32,000 nucleotides of DNA, from NCBI RefSeq assembly GCF_008000775.2, contig NZ_CP042905.2, forward strand, positions 600,001 to 632,000. Direction: 5' to 3'. How positions within the stretch are numbered: position 1 is the first letter of the stretch; every line of letters begins with the position of its first letter. The DNA is from Promethearchaeum syntrophicum. GTDB lineage: Archaea > Asgardarchaeota > Lokiarchaeia > Sigyniarchaeales > Promethearchaeaceae. The notes beneath the pieces were generated by a model. That model was not told where the DNA came from. It saw only the letters and a list, made by a program, of their open reading frames with translations, and ran no database searches. This document shows, piece by piece, positions 23,538 to 32,000 of this stretch. The position numbers and the translations under genes are program-made.

Positions 23538-23912
23538 TTATTGATTGGCCCAAAGACCGTGTTTATTACAATATTCTCGGGCTTTTACATTGACATTATG
23601 GATTGGAAATTCAGCTTCGGGTGCATCACCGGGATTTAAGTATTTTCGATATACCATACTTCCATCAATAACTTCAATCATGGTAATCCAATGATCGGTC
23701 ACCATTGGGTGTAATGCTGCTTTACCTACAATAACTTTGATACCATTTTCAGATTTCTCCACAAACGGTACGTGTTTTTCATTTTTAAAATCGGCGGTTT
23801 TTTCTTCGAGTTGGGTCATATCTTCGCAAGCGCAACCGGCTTCTTCACAAGCGGTTCCTTCAAAAATTTTATCCCATGCCTCGTCACAATGTTTACATTT
23901 ATATATATCCAT
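23538..23912 (-). CDS. dfx: Desulfoferrodoxin-type superoxide reductase with variant N-terminal Cys pattern
   Basis: 124 aa. Centre II motifs NEKHVPFVEK, ALHPMVTDHWI and YCNKHGLW. The N-terminal domain reads YKCKHC...TACEEAGCACEDM instead of the canonical CxxC...CC. Confidence 0.85.
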   Translation of the reverse strand: MDIYKCKHCDEAWDKIFEGTACEEAGCACEDMTQLEEKTADFKNEKHVPFVEKSENGIKVIVGKAALHPMVTDHWITMIEVIDGSMVYRKYLNPGDAPEAEFPIHNVNVKAREYCNKHGLWANQ

Positions 23913-24149
23913 TTTTAATTCACATCTTATATTTTTAATAGAGTTTGCGCAAATTTAACGCAATATTCAGTAAAATTAAATTTATTCTATAAAAAAATAA
24001 TCAAATAATAGTTAATTAAAAATGCACTTAAATGTCATTCTTTATTATTAAAATATTTTCTTAAGATTTGCTTAAACAATATAAATTGAATTGAATCACA
24101 TATCTAATATTAACATTGAAAGAGAGATTTTTTAAATATCCGCTTAAAT

Positions 24150-25385
24150 TTGAATAGAATGATGATTGAAGTAACCTCGAACCGATTGAATTTAATACCT
24201 TATATTTCTGAATTATTAGAATATAATTTTATAATATATTCGATATTTGAAGGAACAATTCCGGGGAAAGTATATGTTGATAAGCTACCTACTCCTAACG
24301 TAGTACTTGTGTGGGACGGGACTAGCGATTCTGGAATTTATATAGAAGGGCAATATTCCCCCCAACTTGCTAAAGATATTAATCGAATAATTCTCCAAGA
24401 GATTTTTAAAGAATCAGAGACTTACGAAAAATGTCTCGATTTCACTTGCTGTTGGGCACCTCATGCTGAATGGGAAGAACATTTAGATGATGAAATATTT
24501 AAAAGCATTTTAATTCAGCGAAATAGACGATCTTTCTACATATTTAATAGACATCAAGAAAAAGGATACAATTGGAAGATTCTTTTACCCAAACATTTAA
24601 CCATGATTTTGTATGAACGAAACACTCAAAATTCAAGTAGTTCAAAGTTTTCTAACCTAAATAATAAGCTTTCTGATAGAACAATTGATATACAGAAGTT
24701 TGAATTTTTTTCCAAACTCAACGAAACTCTCCAGCATTCAAAAGATCCTTTTGCTTGTGTAATTGCTGACATTAAAAATCAAAAACTCATCACTCGTGTC
24801 TTTTCGGATTGGAATTCTGAAAAACATATCGAAATTGGTATTTTTACAGATCCGAAGTATCGAAAGCAAGGATTAGGATCTATTACGGTAGGAGCAATGA
24901 TTGAAATTGCATTGGAACGTGGATATGATCATATTGGTTGGCATTGTTGGATAGAAAATGAAGCTTCCGCAAAAACAGCATTAAAAGCTGGATTCAAATT
25001 TGATCGAACTCATCCTATTCGACATGCCTGGTATAATCAATTTGATAATTTAATGGTTCATGACGACTATCTAATCGAGAATCAACAGTTTGAAGAATCC
25101 ATTTTGATATTTAATGATTTGTTGGAACATATTGAGAATCAAACTTTAGCATATAAAACATCTTATTTTCGGCAGCAAACTTATTATTCTCGATGGCTTC
25201 AATTTTTACAAATTATTAATTATGCAAATACCCCAAACGAAGATAGTGCAATAAAAGCTCTTTTAAACCGGATTAAAGGGGGAATTGATAATCCACAAGC
25301 CTTTATTGAGGAGTTACATTCAAAAATCTTAACAAAAAGCATCTGGCAAAATACAGAATGGCAGAATTTGATTGAAAATTTATAA
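24150..25385 (+). CDS. GNAT-domain protein with N- and C-terminal extensions
   Basis: 411-aa ORF. The track start is TTG; the first ATG is at 24159. GNAT core: IEIGIFTDPKYRKQGLGSITVGAMIEIALERGYDHIGWHCWIENEASAKTALKAGFKF. Confidence 0.75.
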   Translation: MNRMMIEVTSNRLNLIPYISELLEYNFIIYSIFEGTIPGKVYVDKLPTPNVVLVWDGTSDSGIYIEGQYSPQLAKDINRIILQEIFKESETYEKCLDFTCCWAPHAEWEEHLDDEIFKSILIQRNRRSFYIFNRHQEKGYNWKILLPKHLTMILYERNTQNSSSSKFSNLNNKLSDRTIDIQKFEFFSKLNETLQHSKDPFACVIADIKNQKLITRVFSDWNSEKHIEIGIFTDPKYRKQGLGSITVGAMIEIALERGYDHIGWHCWIENEASAKTALKAGFKFDRTHPIRHAWYNQFDNLMVHDDYLIENQQFEESILIFNDLLEHIENQTLAYKTSYFRQQTYYSRWLQFLQIINYANTPNEDSAIKALLNRIKGGIDNPQAFIEELHSKILTKSIWQNTEWQNLIENL

Positions 25386-25537
25386 GTTAAGATTAGAATT
25401 ACTCGGTAAAAAAAAAAAATCTAACAGAAAGTAAAAGTAGTAAATATCGTAAAGCGATTTTAATGGGGAAAAAGTAAATTATGATGATAAAGGATTTCTT
25501 AGATAAATTTTTTCTTTAGTAAGTTCATCTTATTGTT

Positions 25538-26002
25538 ATGAAGTTTTCAAAACTTATTCAAAAAAAGCAGAAAAAACCATCTAAAAAGTTCAAAAAACCT
25601 AAAGGAGCAATTTGGATTTTCTTCAGCTACACCACAAAAGATCTCAAAGAATTTCATATTAAAGGACTGGCAAAGGCTCTTGAGAAATATGATGAGTATG
25701 ATCAAGTTCTGATTTTGAAAGAAAAAACCACAGATAGTATTATTGAAAACATGGATTTTTATATTAAAAATGTAAATGCTTTGGTGCTCTTTTGTAGTAA
25801 AAGTTCAAAAATATCTGAAGCGGTTCAAAACGAATGGGAATCGGCAGAAGCTATAGGGATACCAATTATTCCAGTATTTAAAACTACTAATCACGTACCC
25901 GCACTTCTAAGGGCGAAAAATGGAGTTAATTTCACAAAAAATCCCCTACAAAATACAATAAATAAATTACATGAAAATCTCCAGCGAAAAATAATAAAAT
26001 AA
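25538..26002 (+). CDS. Small TIR-like domain protein with polybasic N-terminus
   Basis: 154 aa. KKQKKPSKKFKKPKG is followed by IWIFFSYTTKD, ALVLFCSKSSKISEAVQNEWESA and IPIIPVF. This is the TIR_2-type pattern (FxSYxxxD ... S.W...E ... iiPV). Confidence 0.6.
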   Translation: MKFSKLIQKKQKKPSKKFKKPKGAIWIFFSYTTKDLKEFHIKGLAKALEKYDEYDQVLILKEKTTDSIIENMDFYIKNVNALVLFCSKSSKISEAVQNEWESAEAIGIPIIPVFKTTNHVPALLRAKNGVNFTKNPLQNTINKLHENLQRKIIK

Positions 26003-26091
26003 CCTCTTACAACCGAAAAACTTGGTTATAAGTCTTAAATGCTCTGGTTGATGAGTTCGATAAATAGTTATCTTCCGGAGCCTCAAGTGGA

Positions 26092-27051
26092 TTAATTTTT
26101 TATACGACACCCATTTGATTTTAATTCTTCCATCCATGAATTTATTTCTGGTTTAAATTCTTTCCAATTATTTTCTTCTAACCAGAAAGTTCTTAGATTT
26201 TTTAATTTAATTATGGAAACAGGTAATTCTGATAGATTATTTTTCGAAATTATCAAATTAGAAAGTTTACTAAGATTTCCTATCCATTCCGGCAATATTG
26301 ACAGCTTATTTCCGAAAATATTTAAATCTTGCAAATTAATTAAATTTTTATAAGAATCTGGGAGATTTGAAAGGTTATTTCGATATAATGACAGTTCAAT
26401 TAAATTGCGCAAATTTCCAATTTCATCAGGTAATTCAGAAATAAGGTTGTCTCCAAGAGTTAGTTCCCGTAAATTTTTTAATTCAGAGATCCATGATGGA
26501 ATTTCTGTGAGAAGATTTTTATAGAGAACTAAACGGGTTAAAAGTGTCATTAATTTAACCCATTCTGGAATTTCCTGTAAATTCAACCCGAATAGATATA
26601 AGTATTCTAAGGTTTTGATCTCTGAAATCCATGACGGAATTTCTTCTAAAGGATTTCCTCCAATATTTAGGGCTTTCAACATTGTAAAATCTTTAAACCA
26701 TTCTGGAACGATCGTAAATCCATTGTATTGAATATGCAACTGCGAAAATGCTGTTAACTGAGTTAGATTTTGGGGAAGGTTTGTTAATTTATTATTCGCT
26801 ACCCAAAGATAGTTAAGTGATTTTAAATCACCTATACTCTCGGGAATGACTTCCAACGCTTGTCCTTGTAAAGCTAAAGCTAAAATTCTCCCCTTTTGGG
26901 CAATAAATCCATACATATTCCGATTTAAGTTTTGAAGGGAGGGAATTTGGGAACCAGTAAGCACTTCAAGAGATAGTAAAAATTCATATTCCTCTTTATG
27001 AAGCGCAGTTCCGTAATAATCTTTCAACTGATTTTCATTAGGTTCTGTCAT
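26092..27051 (-). CDS. Leucine-rich repeat (LRR) protein
   Basis: 319 aa with about 10 consecutive ~23-aa LxxLPxxIxxLxxLxxLxLxxNxL units (e.g. LSELPDEIGNLRNLIELSLYRNNLSNLPDSYKNLINLQDLNIFGNKL). Its start is 2 nt after the OFOR beta stop. Confidence 0.9.
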   Translation of the reverse strand: MTEPNENQLKDYYGTALHKEEYEFLLSLEVLTGSQIPSLQNLNRNMYGFIAQKGRILALALQGQALEVIPESIGDLKSLNYLWVANNKLTNLPQNLTQLTAFSQLHIQYNGFTIVPEWFKDFTMLKALNIGGNPLEEIPSWISEIKTLEYLYLFGLNLQEIPEWVKLMTLLTRLVLYKNLLTEIPSWISELKNLRELTLGDNLISELPDEIGNLRNLIELSLYRNNLSNLPDSYKNLINLQDLNIFGNKLSILPEWIGNLSKLSNLIISKNNLSELPVSIIKLKNLRTFWLEENNWKEFKPEINSWMEELKSNGCRIKN

Positions 27052-27053
27052 TT

Positions 27054-27932
27054 TTACCGCTTTCTCTTTGAAATTATGAGCTTTTCAAGCTTGTTCATAT
27101 CCAGATTCCGGGTATATAAAGGTGATTTATCTGTTTTATAAGCAACAGATGCTTCTGAAAATGTAGGTCTATCCTCGACTTTATAAAAAATACCTGTCGG
27201 ATATTTCCCAGTCTCAAGAGCTTTTGCAAAAGCAGCCTTTTGATCATGGATATCGTGAGATTCATCAAGTTCGTATGTGTTTTCTTTATACCATTTAAAA
27301 GTATTTAGTTTATTCATCGAAACGCACTGAACTAATGTATCAACCAATGCATAGCCCTTATGTTGGATCGCTTGTTTAATTATTTCTCTGGCTTGAGTCT
27401 TATTTCCCGCAAATATTCTGGCAATAAAAGTAGCACCCATCGCGATTGCAACCGCAAGTGGATTAAATGGTTCGTTAGTTACACCAGAAACTTGCACAGG
27501 AGTTTTCATCCCTTTTAGACTGGTAGGAGATGCTTGCCCTTTAGTTAATCCATAAATCATATTGTTGTGAACCATTTGTGTTATATTGACGTTTCTGGCA
27601 ATTTGAGCTAGAAAATGGTTTCCTCCTTCACCGTATGAACAACCATCACCCGAATTTACAATTACTGTTAATTTTGGATTGCACGCCTTAATGGCCATAG
27701 CAGCAGGAAGCGCACGTCCATGAAGTCCATTAAACATATGTCCTTTTGTATATTGTGGTAATTTTGCAGCTTGTCCAATTCCCGAAACAAATACAAGTTG
27801 CTCATTTGGAATTTTTAATTCAGCCAATGCTTGCCGGAGTAATTTTTGCGCTGTGAAATGTCCACATCCTGGACACCAAGCTTTCTCACAAGCCATATCA
27901 TAAGAATTCTCATCAATTTTATTAATCTCCAT
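27054..27932 (-). CDS. 2-oxoacid:ferredoxin oxidoreductase, beta (TPP-binding) subunit
   Basis: 292 aa. WCPGCGHF and the TPP motif [14 protein letters not shown]. Substrate specificity is not assignable from the sequence alone. Confidence 0.9.
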   Translation of the reverse strand: MEINKIDENSYDMACEKAWCPGCGHFTAQKLLRQALAELKIPNEQLVFVSGIGQAAKLPQYTKGHMFNGLHGRALPAAMAIKACNPKLTVIVNSGDGCSYGEGGNHFLAQIARNVNITQMVHNNMIYGLTKGQASPTSLKGMKTPVQVSGVTNEPFNPLAVAIAMGATFIARIFAGNKTQAREIIKQAIQHKGYALVDTLVQCVSMNKLNTFKWYKENTYELDESHDIHDQKAAFAKALETGKYPTGIFYKVEDRPTFSEASVAYKTDKSPLYTRNLDMNKLEKLIISKRKR

Positions 27933-27933
27933 T

Positions 27934-29661
27934 TTAATTAACCTCCTTTTGTAAAATAGCTATTATATCTTCTACAGCAAATGGCTTACCCGAATAATTC
28001 AAATATTTCTGTTTTTCTGGGATATCAAAATCACCATATAATTTTAATACATTAGCAAACTGACCAGATGCATTGCTTTCTATTAATATTACTTTTTTCG
28101 CTTTATTGAGAATTTCTTTGGTATTGGAATGAAGTGGGAAAAGTTGATGAAAATGCCCCATTGCAATTTCCTTATTTCCGAATTCCTCAATTGCTTCTTT
28201 TACAACTGTATAATTCGATCCCCAACAGACAATCAATGTTGAATAATCTGTGGCACCGACTATTTTTGGTTCATCAGCGACCTCTTCAAGTAATTTTAAG
28301 CGTTTATAATACCTTTTTTTAACCATCTCAGGTCGGATATATTCCATATCCTCGGTAATTTGTCCCGCTTCTGTATGTTCATCAGAGTCTGCGCGAACTA
28401 ATCCTTCTCCATATCCCGGAATTCCCCGAGGAGAAATACCGTTTTCAGTGAATTTATACCTTAAATAGTCTTTCTCCGTTTTAATGAAAGAATTATCTAC
28501 TTTAATTCTCGAAAGATCGAATTGAGGGATATTATAATACCCATCTACGAAATTTTGATCGGTTAGGACAAATACCGGAATTTGATATTTATCAGCTAAA
28601 TTAAAGGCTTTTTGCGTTAAATAAAATGCTTGTTCAATCGTGCCGGGTGCAAAAATTATACGAGCAAATTCTCCATGTCCTGCGTAAAGAGCCAAATTTA
28701 AATCTTCTTGGGCAGTTCTAGTTGGCAATCCTGTTGCTGGACCTGGTCGTTGAGCAATATGAATCACAATCGGATTTTCCATGATACCCGCTAATGAAAC
28801 ACCCTCTGTCATTAAGGCAAACCCTCCCCCAGAAGTTGAAGCTAGTGCCCTGGCTCCTGCATACCATGCTGCGACATTTTTATTTATTGCAGCGATTTCA
28901 TCCTCTGCTTGATCAATTATAATTCCAAATTCTTCTGAATTTGCTGCCAGAAATTGTAATGCTCCTGTGCTAGGAGACATAGGATAGGCAGAAATAAAAT
29001 TGCATCCGCCAGCAATCGCTCCTAATCCGACCGCTTCATTACCATTCAGTAAAATTTCATCAACAATTTTATCATTCTTACTCAAATTTATGGTAAATTT
29101 CCCATTTTCAATAACATTCTTACCCAATTCATAACCTTTTTGAAATGCAGTGAAATTTTTATTAATTATTTTAGAACCCTTAGATGAAAACCTATTAGTA
29201 AGGACAATTTTTGCGATGTTTGGATCTGTTATAAACATTCCAGCGATTGCTCCTACAGCTACAACATTTGCATAGATTTTACTTCCCACTTCACTAGCAA
29301 TTTTTGAAAACGGAAATGAGATTATTTGTTTTTCATTTAAATCGTGAACACCATCCAATAATGAAGGATCTGATAATATCATCGAATTCTCTGATAGTCT
29401 TGATTTGACATGCAAAAGTGCAGCTGGATTTAACGGGATTAAAAGATCGATACGATTAACAAAAGTGGTTACTCGATTAGATGAAACTCGAATTTCCGTT
29501 GAGTTTGATCCCCCTCGAACACGAGATTCGTATTCTTTAGTTGCAAAAATGTTGTATCCACTCATTTTTAGGATACCTACTAAGAGTTCCTCAACCGTTT
29601 GAACTCCCTGTCCCGCAGCCCCCGCGATAACAATTGAAAGATCGCTGATTTTTTTATTCAT
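27934..29661 (-). CDS. 2-oxoacid:ferredoxin oxidoreductase, alpha subunit (gamma-alpha fusion type)
   Basis: N-terminal gamma-like [13 protein letters not shown] and alpha-like [26 protein letters not shown]. The track ORF extends to a TTG at 29697; the first ATG (MNKKISDL) is at 29661 and is used here. Confidence 0.9.
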   Translation of the reverse strand: MNKKISDLSIVIAGAAGQGVQTVEELLVGILKMSGYNIFATKEYESRVRGGSNSTEIRVSSNRVTTFVNRIDLLIPLNPAALLHVKSRLSENSMILSDPSLLDGVHDLNEKQIISFPFSKIASEVGSKIYANVVAVGAIAGMFITDPNIAKIVLTNRFSSKGSKIINKNFTAFQKGYELGKNVIENGKFTINLSKNDKIVDEILLNGNEAVGLGAIAGGCNFISAYPMSPSTGALQFLAANSEEFGIIIDQAEDEIAAINKNVAAWYAGARALASTSGGGFALMTEGVSLAGIMENPIVIHIAQRPGPATGLPTRTAQEDLNLALYAGHGEFARIIFAPGTIEQAFYLTQKAFNLADKYQIPVFVLTDQNFVDGYYNIPQFDLSRIKVDNSFIKTEKDYLRYKFTENGISPRGIPGYGEGLVRADSDEHTEAGQITEDMEYIRPEMVKKRYYKRLKLLEEVADEPKIVGATDYSTLIVCWGSNYTVVKEAIEEFGNKEIAMGHFHQLFPLHSNTKEILNKAKKVILIESNASGQFANVLKLYGDFDIPEKQKYLNYSGKPFAVEDIIAILQKEVN

Positions 29662-29842
29662 TATTTTCGACTCACGTAAATTTTGAGTGCGCTTCAAATA
29701 AATTATGTGATTATAATTGATTGAATTTACATGTTTAAACTTAAATTTTTAAAATATGAAATTTAAAAGGGACAAAAATAAATAATAAAAAGAGGTTTAG
29801 AAAACCTATTTATAAAAATAAAAAAATTGAGGAATACTAAAA

Positions 29843-30001
29843 ATGGCAATTTGGGTATGTTCTGTATGCGGTTGGGAGTATAATGAAGACGAAGGTCTCC
29901 CGGATGATGGCTTTGATCCTGGCACAAAATTTGAAGCTTTGCCAGACGACTTCGAGTGTCCTGTATGTGGGGCAGGAAAAGAAGATTTTAATAAACAATA
30001 G
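29843..30001 (+). CDS. rub: Rubredoxin
   Basis: Below the ORF-track size cutoff. Hand translation gives [52 protein letters not shown] (52 aa), with both CxxCG knuckles. GAGG lies about 10 nt upstream. Confidence 0.9.
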   Translation: MAIWVCSVCGWEYNEDEGLPDDGFDPGTKFEALPDDFECPVCGAGKEDFNKQ

Positions 30002-30283
30002 AATCAAAAGGATAAATTTCCTTCATTTTTTCTAATTTTTTTTACTAATTCACTAAATTTTTAAACCATGATATGCACAAAAGTGTGCATCTTCAGTAGA
30101 ACTTGGATTTGAAGAGCGTAAATTACTTGAAGAAAATGTGAAAATCTATCATCCTATCTTCACTAAAATTTCCCAAAATGATAAAATTAAAATCATAAAT
30201 GAATTGAAAATAATGAAATAAATCATTATATACATGAAAATTAAATATATAAAAGATAATAGACAATTCATAGAATTATTGGA

Positions 30284-32000
30284 ATGAGAAAAATGGCAAT
30301 TATAAATATTGTTGAAGAAGAAAAAAAACTATTAAAAGAACTCTCTACTGAAACGGGAATTCAAAATATTGAAAATAAAAAATACATTAAATTGAAAGAG
30401 GGTCGGGTTGTTTCTCTTTCTTTAAATAACTTGGATTTAAAGTCAATTCCTTCCTCTGTATTTAAATTTCGTTATTTGGAAGACTTATATCTTGATCATA
30501 ATAAATTGATTACGATATCAAACGAAATTTGTAATCTGAAAAACCTACAATTATTATCCTTTTCTCATAACTTTTTTGAGAAATTGCCTGATATTTTAAG
30601 AGAGTTATATTCACTGAGTGTATTAGTTTTTTCAGATAACCCTTTATATGAAATTCCTGATTGGATTGAAAGTTTATTTCAATTAGTTGAAATTCACATG
30701 GGACCTTTGAAAAAATACAATAATCTTCCAGAAATAATGAAAAAATTAAAAAATATAATATATCTTGATACCGATGATGAAATCTGGGAAGAAAATTCAG
30801 TTATAAACAATTTTTTTAAAGGAGTAAAATTTTTACCAAGTGAAATTGAAGGAATAAAAATCCTTGAAGAAATTACTAATGAGAAAATGAACGAATTATA
30901 TGAATGGGATGAATTAAAATCAGAAAAAAAGCATTTGGGATTGATCTGTTATAGAGATAAAATTATTGCTTTAAAGGCAATGAATTTGTCGTATTCTGAA
31001 CTACCCCCAGAAGTTGATTCATTTTATGCTTTAAATTATTTAAAATGTAAAGGTGATTGGGATATATCTCATCTTCCGAGATTATCGAATCTTTTTAATT
31101 ATGGGATTCGTTTGGAATCCGAAGAAACTAAAGCTTTATTAGAACTGGAATCATTTCTGGGTAAAAAAATTCCTTATCGAGATATGGCATTGATTAATAA
31201 TTGGGGGAATATTCATGGTGACCATGTAGATTTAGGATTTGATATTCGAGCAAATCATGTAGTATGTTTAAGTTTGGAGAATCTAAATCTTTCAGAAATA
31301 CCTAAGATTATCATAAAATTTCCTTATTTGCGAATACTAAACCTCACGAATAATAATATCAGAGAATTACCCGAATGGTTAGCAGAATTAAAACTCTTAA
31401 CAACAATTTTTCTGTATTTTGACGAAACTGATGAGGAAGAAGGAATTATTAAAATTGAACCCGATTTTTTAGATGGTATCAAAGAAAATAATGAACTACA
31501 ATCATGGTATCAGGTGCAACATCTTCAAGACATTTCCTTTGAAAATAAAATTACCTTTCAAGATTGGATCGATCAAGCAGATGAATATGTTGCATCAGAT
31601 TCAAATTTTGCAGATTTTTATATTTCAGAAGAAGATTGGCATAAATTATATTTGGCATATATCCCGTTAGCAGAATTAATCGAAGCCCCAATTTTTTGTC
31701 CTCAAAAATGTGATTCGAAGATCATTTTAATACATGTAAATTTAAACGCGTTTAAAGATCATATTTATGATTTCTATTCAATTATTTACCAGAAATTAGC
31801 ACAGCATGTATGGGCTTATTATTACAATTCAATTTCCCCTCTTTTTGGAGACCAAAAAGCCACTGTCTGGGATTTTCATAAGCAAAATTCTGAGTTGATT
31901 TATGCATTGATTGAACCAGAATCTAATACGAAAGTTTGGGCGTTTGCATCACCTTCATTTGAAACTTGTTTTGCTTTCCAAGAATATTGCATGTCAAATA
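30284..32000 (+). CDS. LRR-containing protein, N-terminal 572 aa (runs off the right edge)
   Basis: Open-ended, so absent from the track. I translated every codon from ATG 30284 (alternative ATG 30293) to 32000 without a stop. It contains LRR units (LEDLYLDHNKLITISNEICNLKNLQLLSFSHNFFEKLPDIL..; LRILNLTNNNIRELPEWLAELKLL). Confidence 0.8.
   Translation, partial: MRKMAIINIVEEEKKLLKELSTETGIQNIENKKYIKLKEGRVVSLSLNNLDLKSIPSSVFKFRYLEDLYLDHNKLITISNEICNLKNLQLLSFSHNFFEKLPDILRELYSLSVLVFSDNPLYEIPDWIESLFQLVEIHMGPLKKYNNLPEIMKKLKNIIYLDTDDEIWEENSVINNFFKGVKFLPSEIEGIKILEEITNEKMNELYEWDELKSEKKHLGLICYRDKIIALKAMNLSYSELPPEVDSFYALNYLKCKGDWDISHLPRLSNLFNYGIRLESEETKALLELESFLGKKIPYRDMALINNWGNIHGDHVDLGFDIRANHVVCLSLENLNLSEIPKIIIKFPYLRILNLTNNNIRELPEWLAELKLLTTIFLYFDETDEEEGIIKIEPDFLDGIKENNELQSWYQVQHLQDISFENKITFQDWIDQADEYVASDSNFADFYISEEDWHKLYLAYIPLAELIEAPIFCPQKCDSKIILIHVNLNAFKDHIYDFYSIIYQKLAQHVWAYYYNSISPLFGDQKATVWDFHKQNSELIYALIEPESNTKVWAFASPSFETCFAFQEYCMSN

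Noticed and set aside
29662-29697. Track start (TTG at 29697) for the OFOR alpha gene, adding MKRTQNLRESKI
   Set aside because: The first ATG (29661) gives [19 protein letters not shown], the usual distance from the gamma-domain glycine motif. The TTG extension has no support. The coordinate pair is listed only to flag the alternative start.
30061-30230. 7-bp hairpin atgcaca-aaag-tgtgcat after rubredoxin, and a downstream frame reading ..ELGFEERKLLEENVKIYHPIFTKISQNDKIKIINELKIMK*
   Set aside because: The reading frame has no ATG after its upstream stop; only a late GTG would give ~27 aa. The EERKLLEE resemblance to the LRR leader cassette is too short to call a relic. The hairpin has no following T-run on its own.
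1-32000. rRNA, tRNA, CRISPR arrays and riboswitch-like elements
   Set aside because: No GC-rich structured stretches of tRNA or rRNA size occur in the intergenic regions. The only relatively GC-rich non-coding pieces are explained by the R repeats and gene scraps. No regularly spaced direct repeats were seen.

Overview
AT-rich, gene-dense window. The core genes look like those of an anaerobic archaeon: a two-subunit 2-oxoacid:ferredoxin oxidoreductase, an IscS lacking the PLP lysine, rubrerythrin, desulfoferrodoxin, rubredoxin, ferritin, and LRR and LVIVD repeat proteins. An Asgard/Lokiarchaeota-like origin is my guess only; it is not demonstrated.

Left part (1-9.97 kb):
- an SPFH/zinc-ribbon operon and a ferritin gene;
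- a tusA-dsrE-iscS-iscU sulfur/Fe-S cluster with two unusual proteins;
- a 920-aa double LVIVD-propeller membrane protein;
- a cold-shock gene.

Centre (about 10.1-22.3 kb): an approximately 12.2-kb accessory island lies between the convergent csp and GNAT genes. It is bounded by ~125-133-nt direct repeats and carries scraps of both flanking genes at its left junction. It encodes:
- (a) a complete type II CBASS operon: metallophosphoesterase-SAVED effector, CD-NTase, Cap2 E2/E1, Cap3 JAB;
- (b) an OLD-family ABC-ATPase/Toprim nuclease;
- (c) two uncharacterised proteins (388 aa and 1040 aa) whose C-termini share a PD-(D/E)xK-nuclease-like motif pattern. These are the best candidates for an undescribed defence module.

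Right part (22.4-32 kb): GNAT acetyltransferases, oxidative-stress genes, a small TIR-like protein, two LRR proteins, the OFOR alpha/beta genes and rubredoxin.

I saw no rRNA, tRNA, CRISPR array, integrase or transposase. All domain calls rest on motifs read by eye from the translations; no database search was possible.
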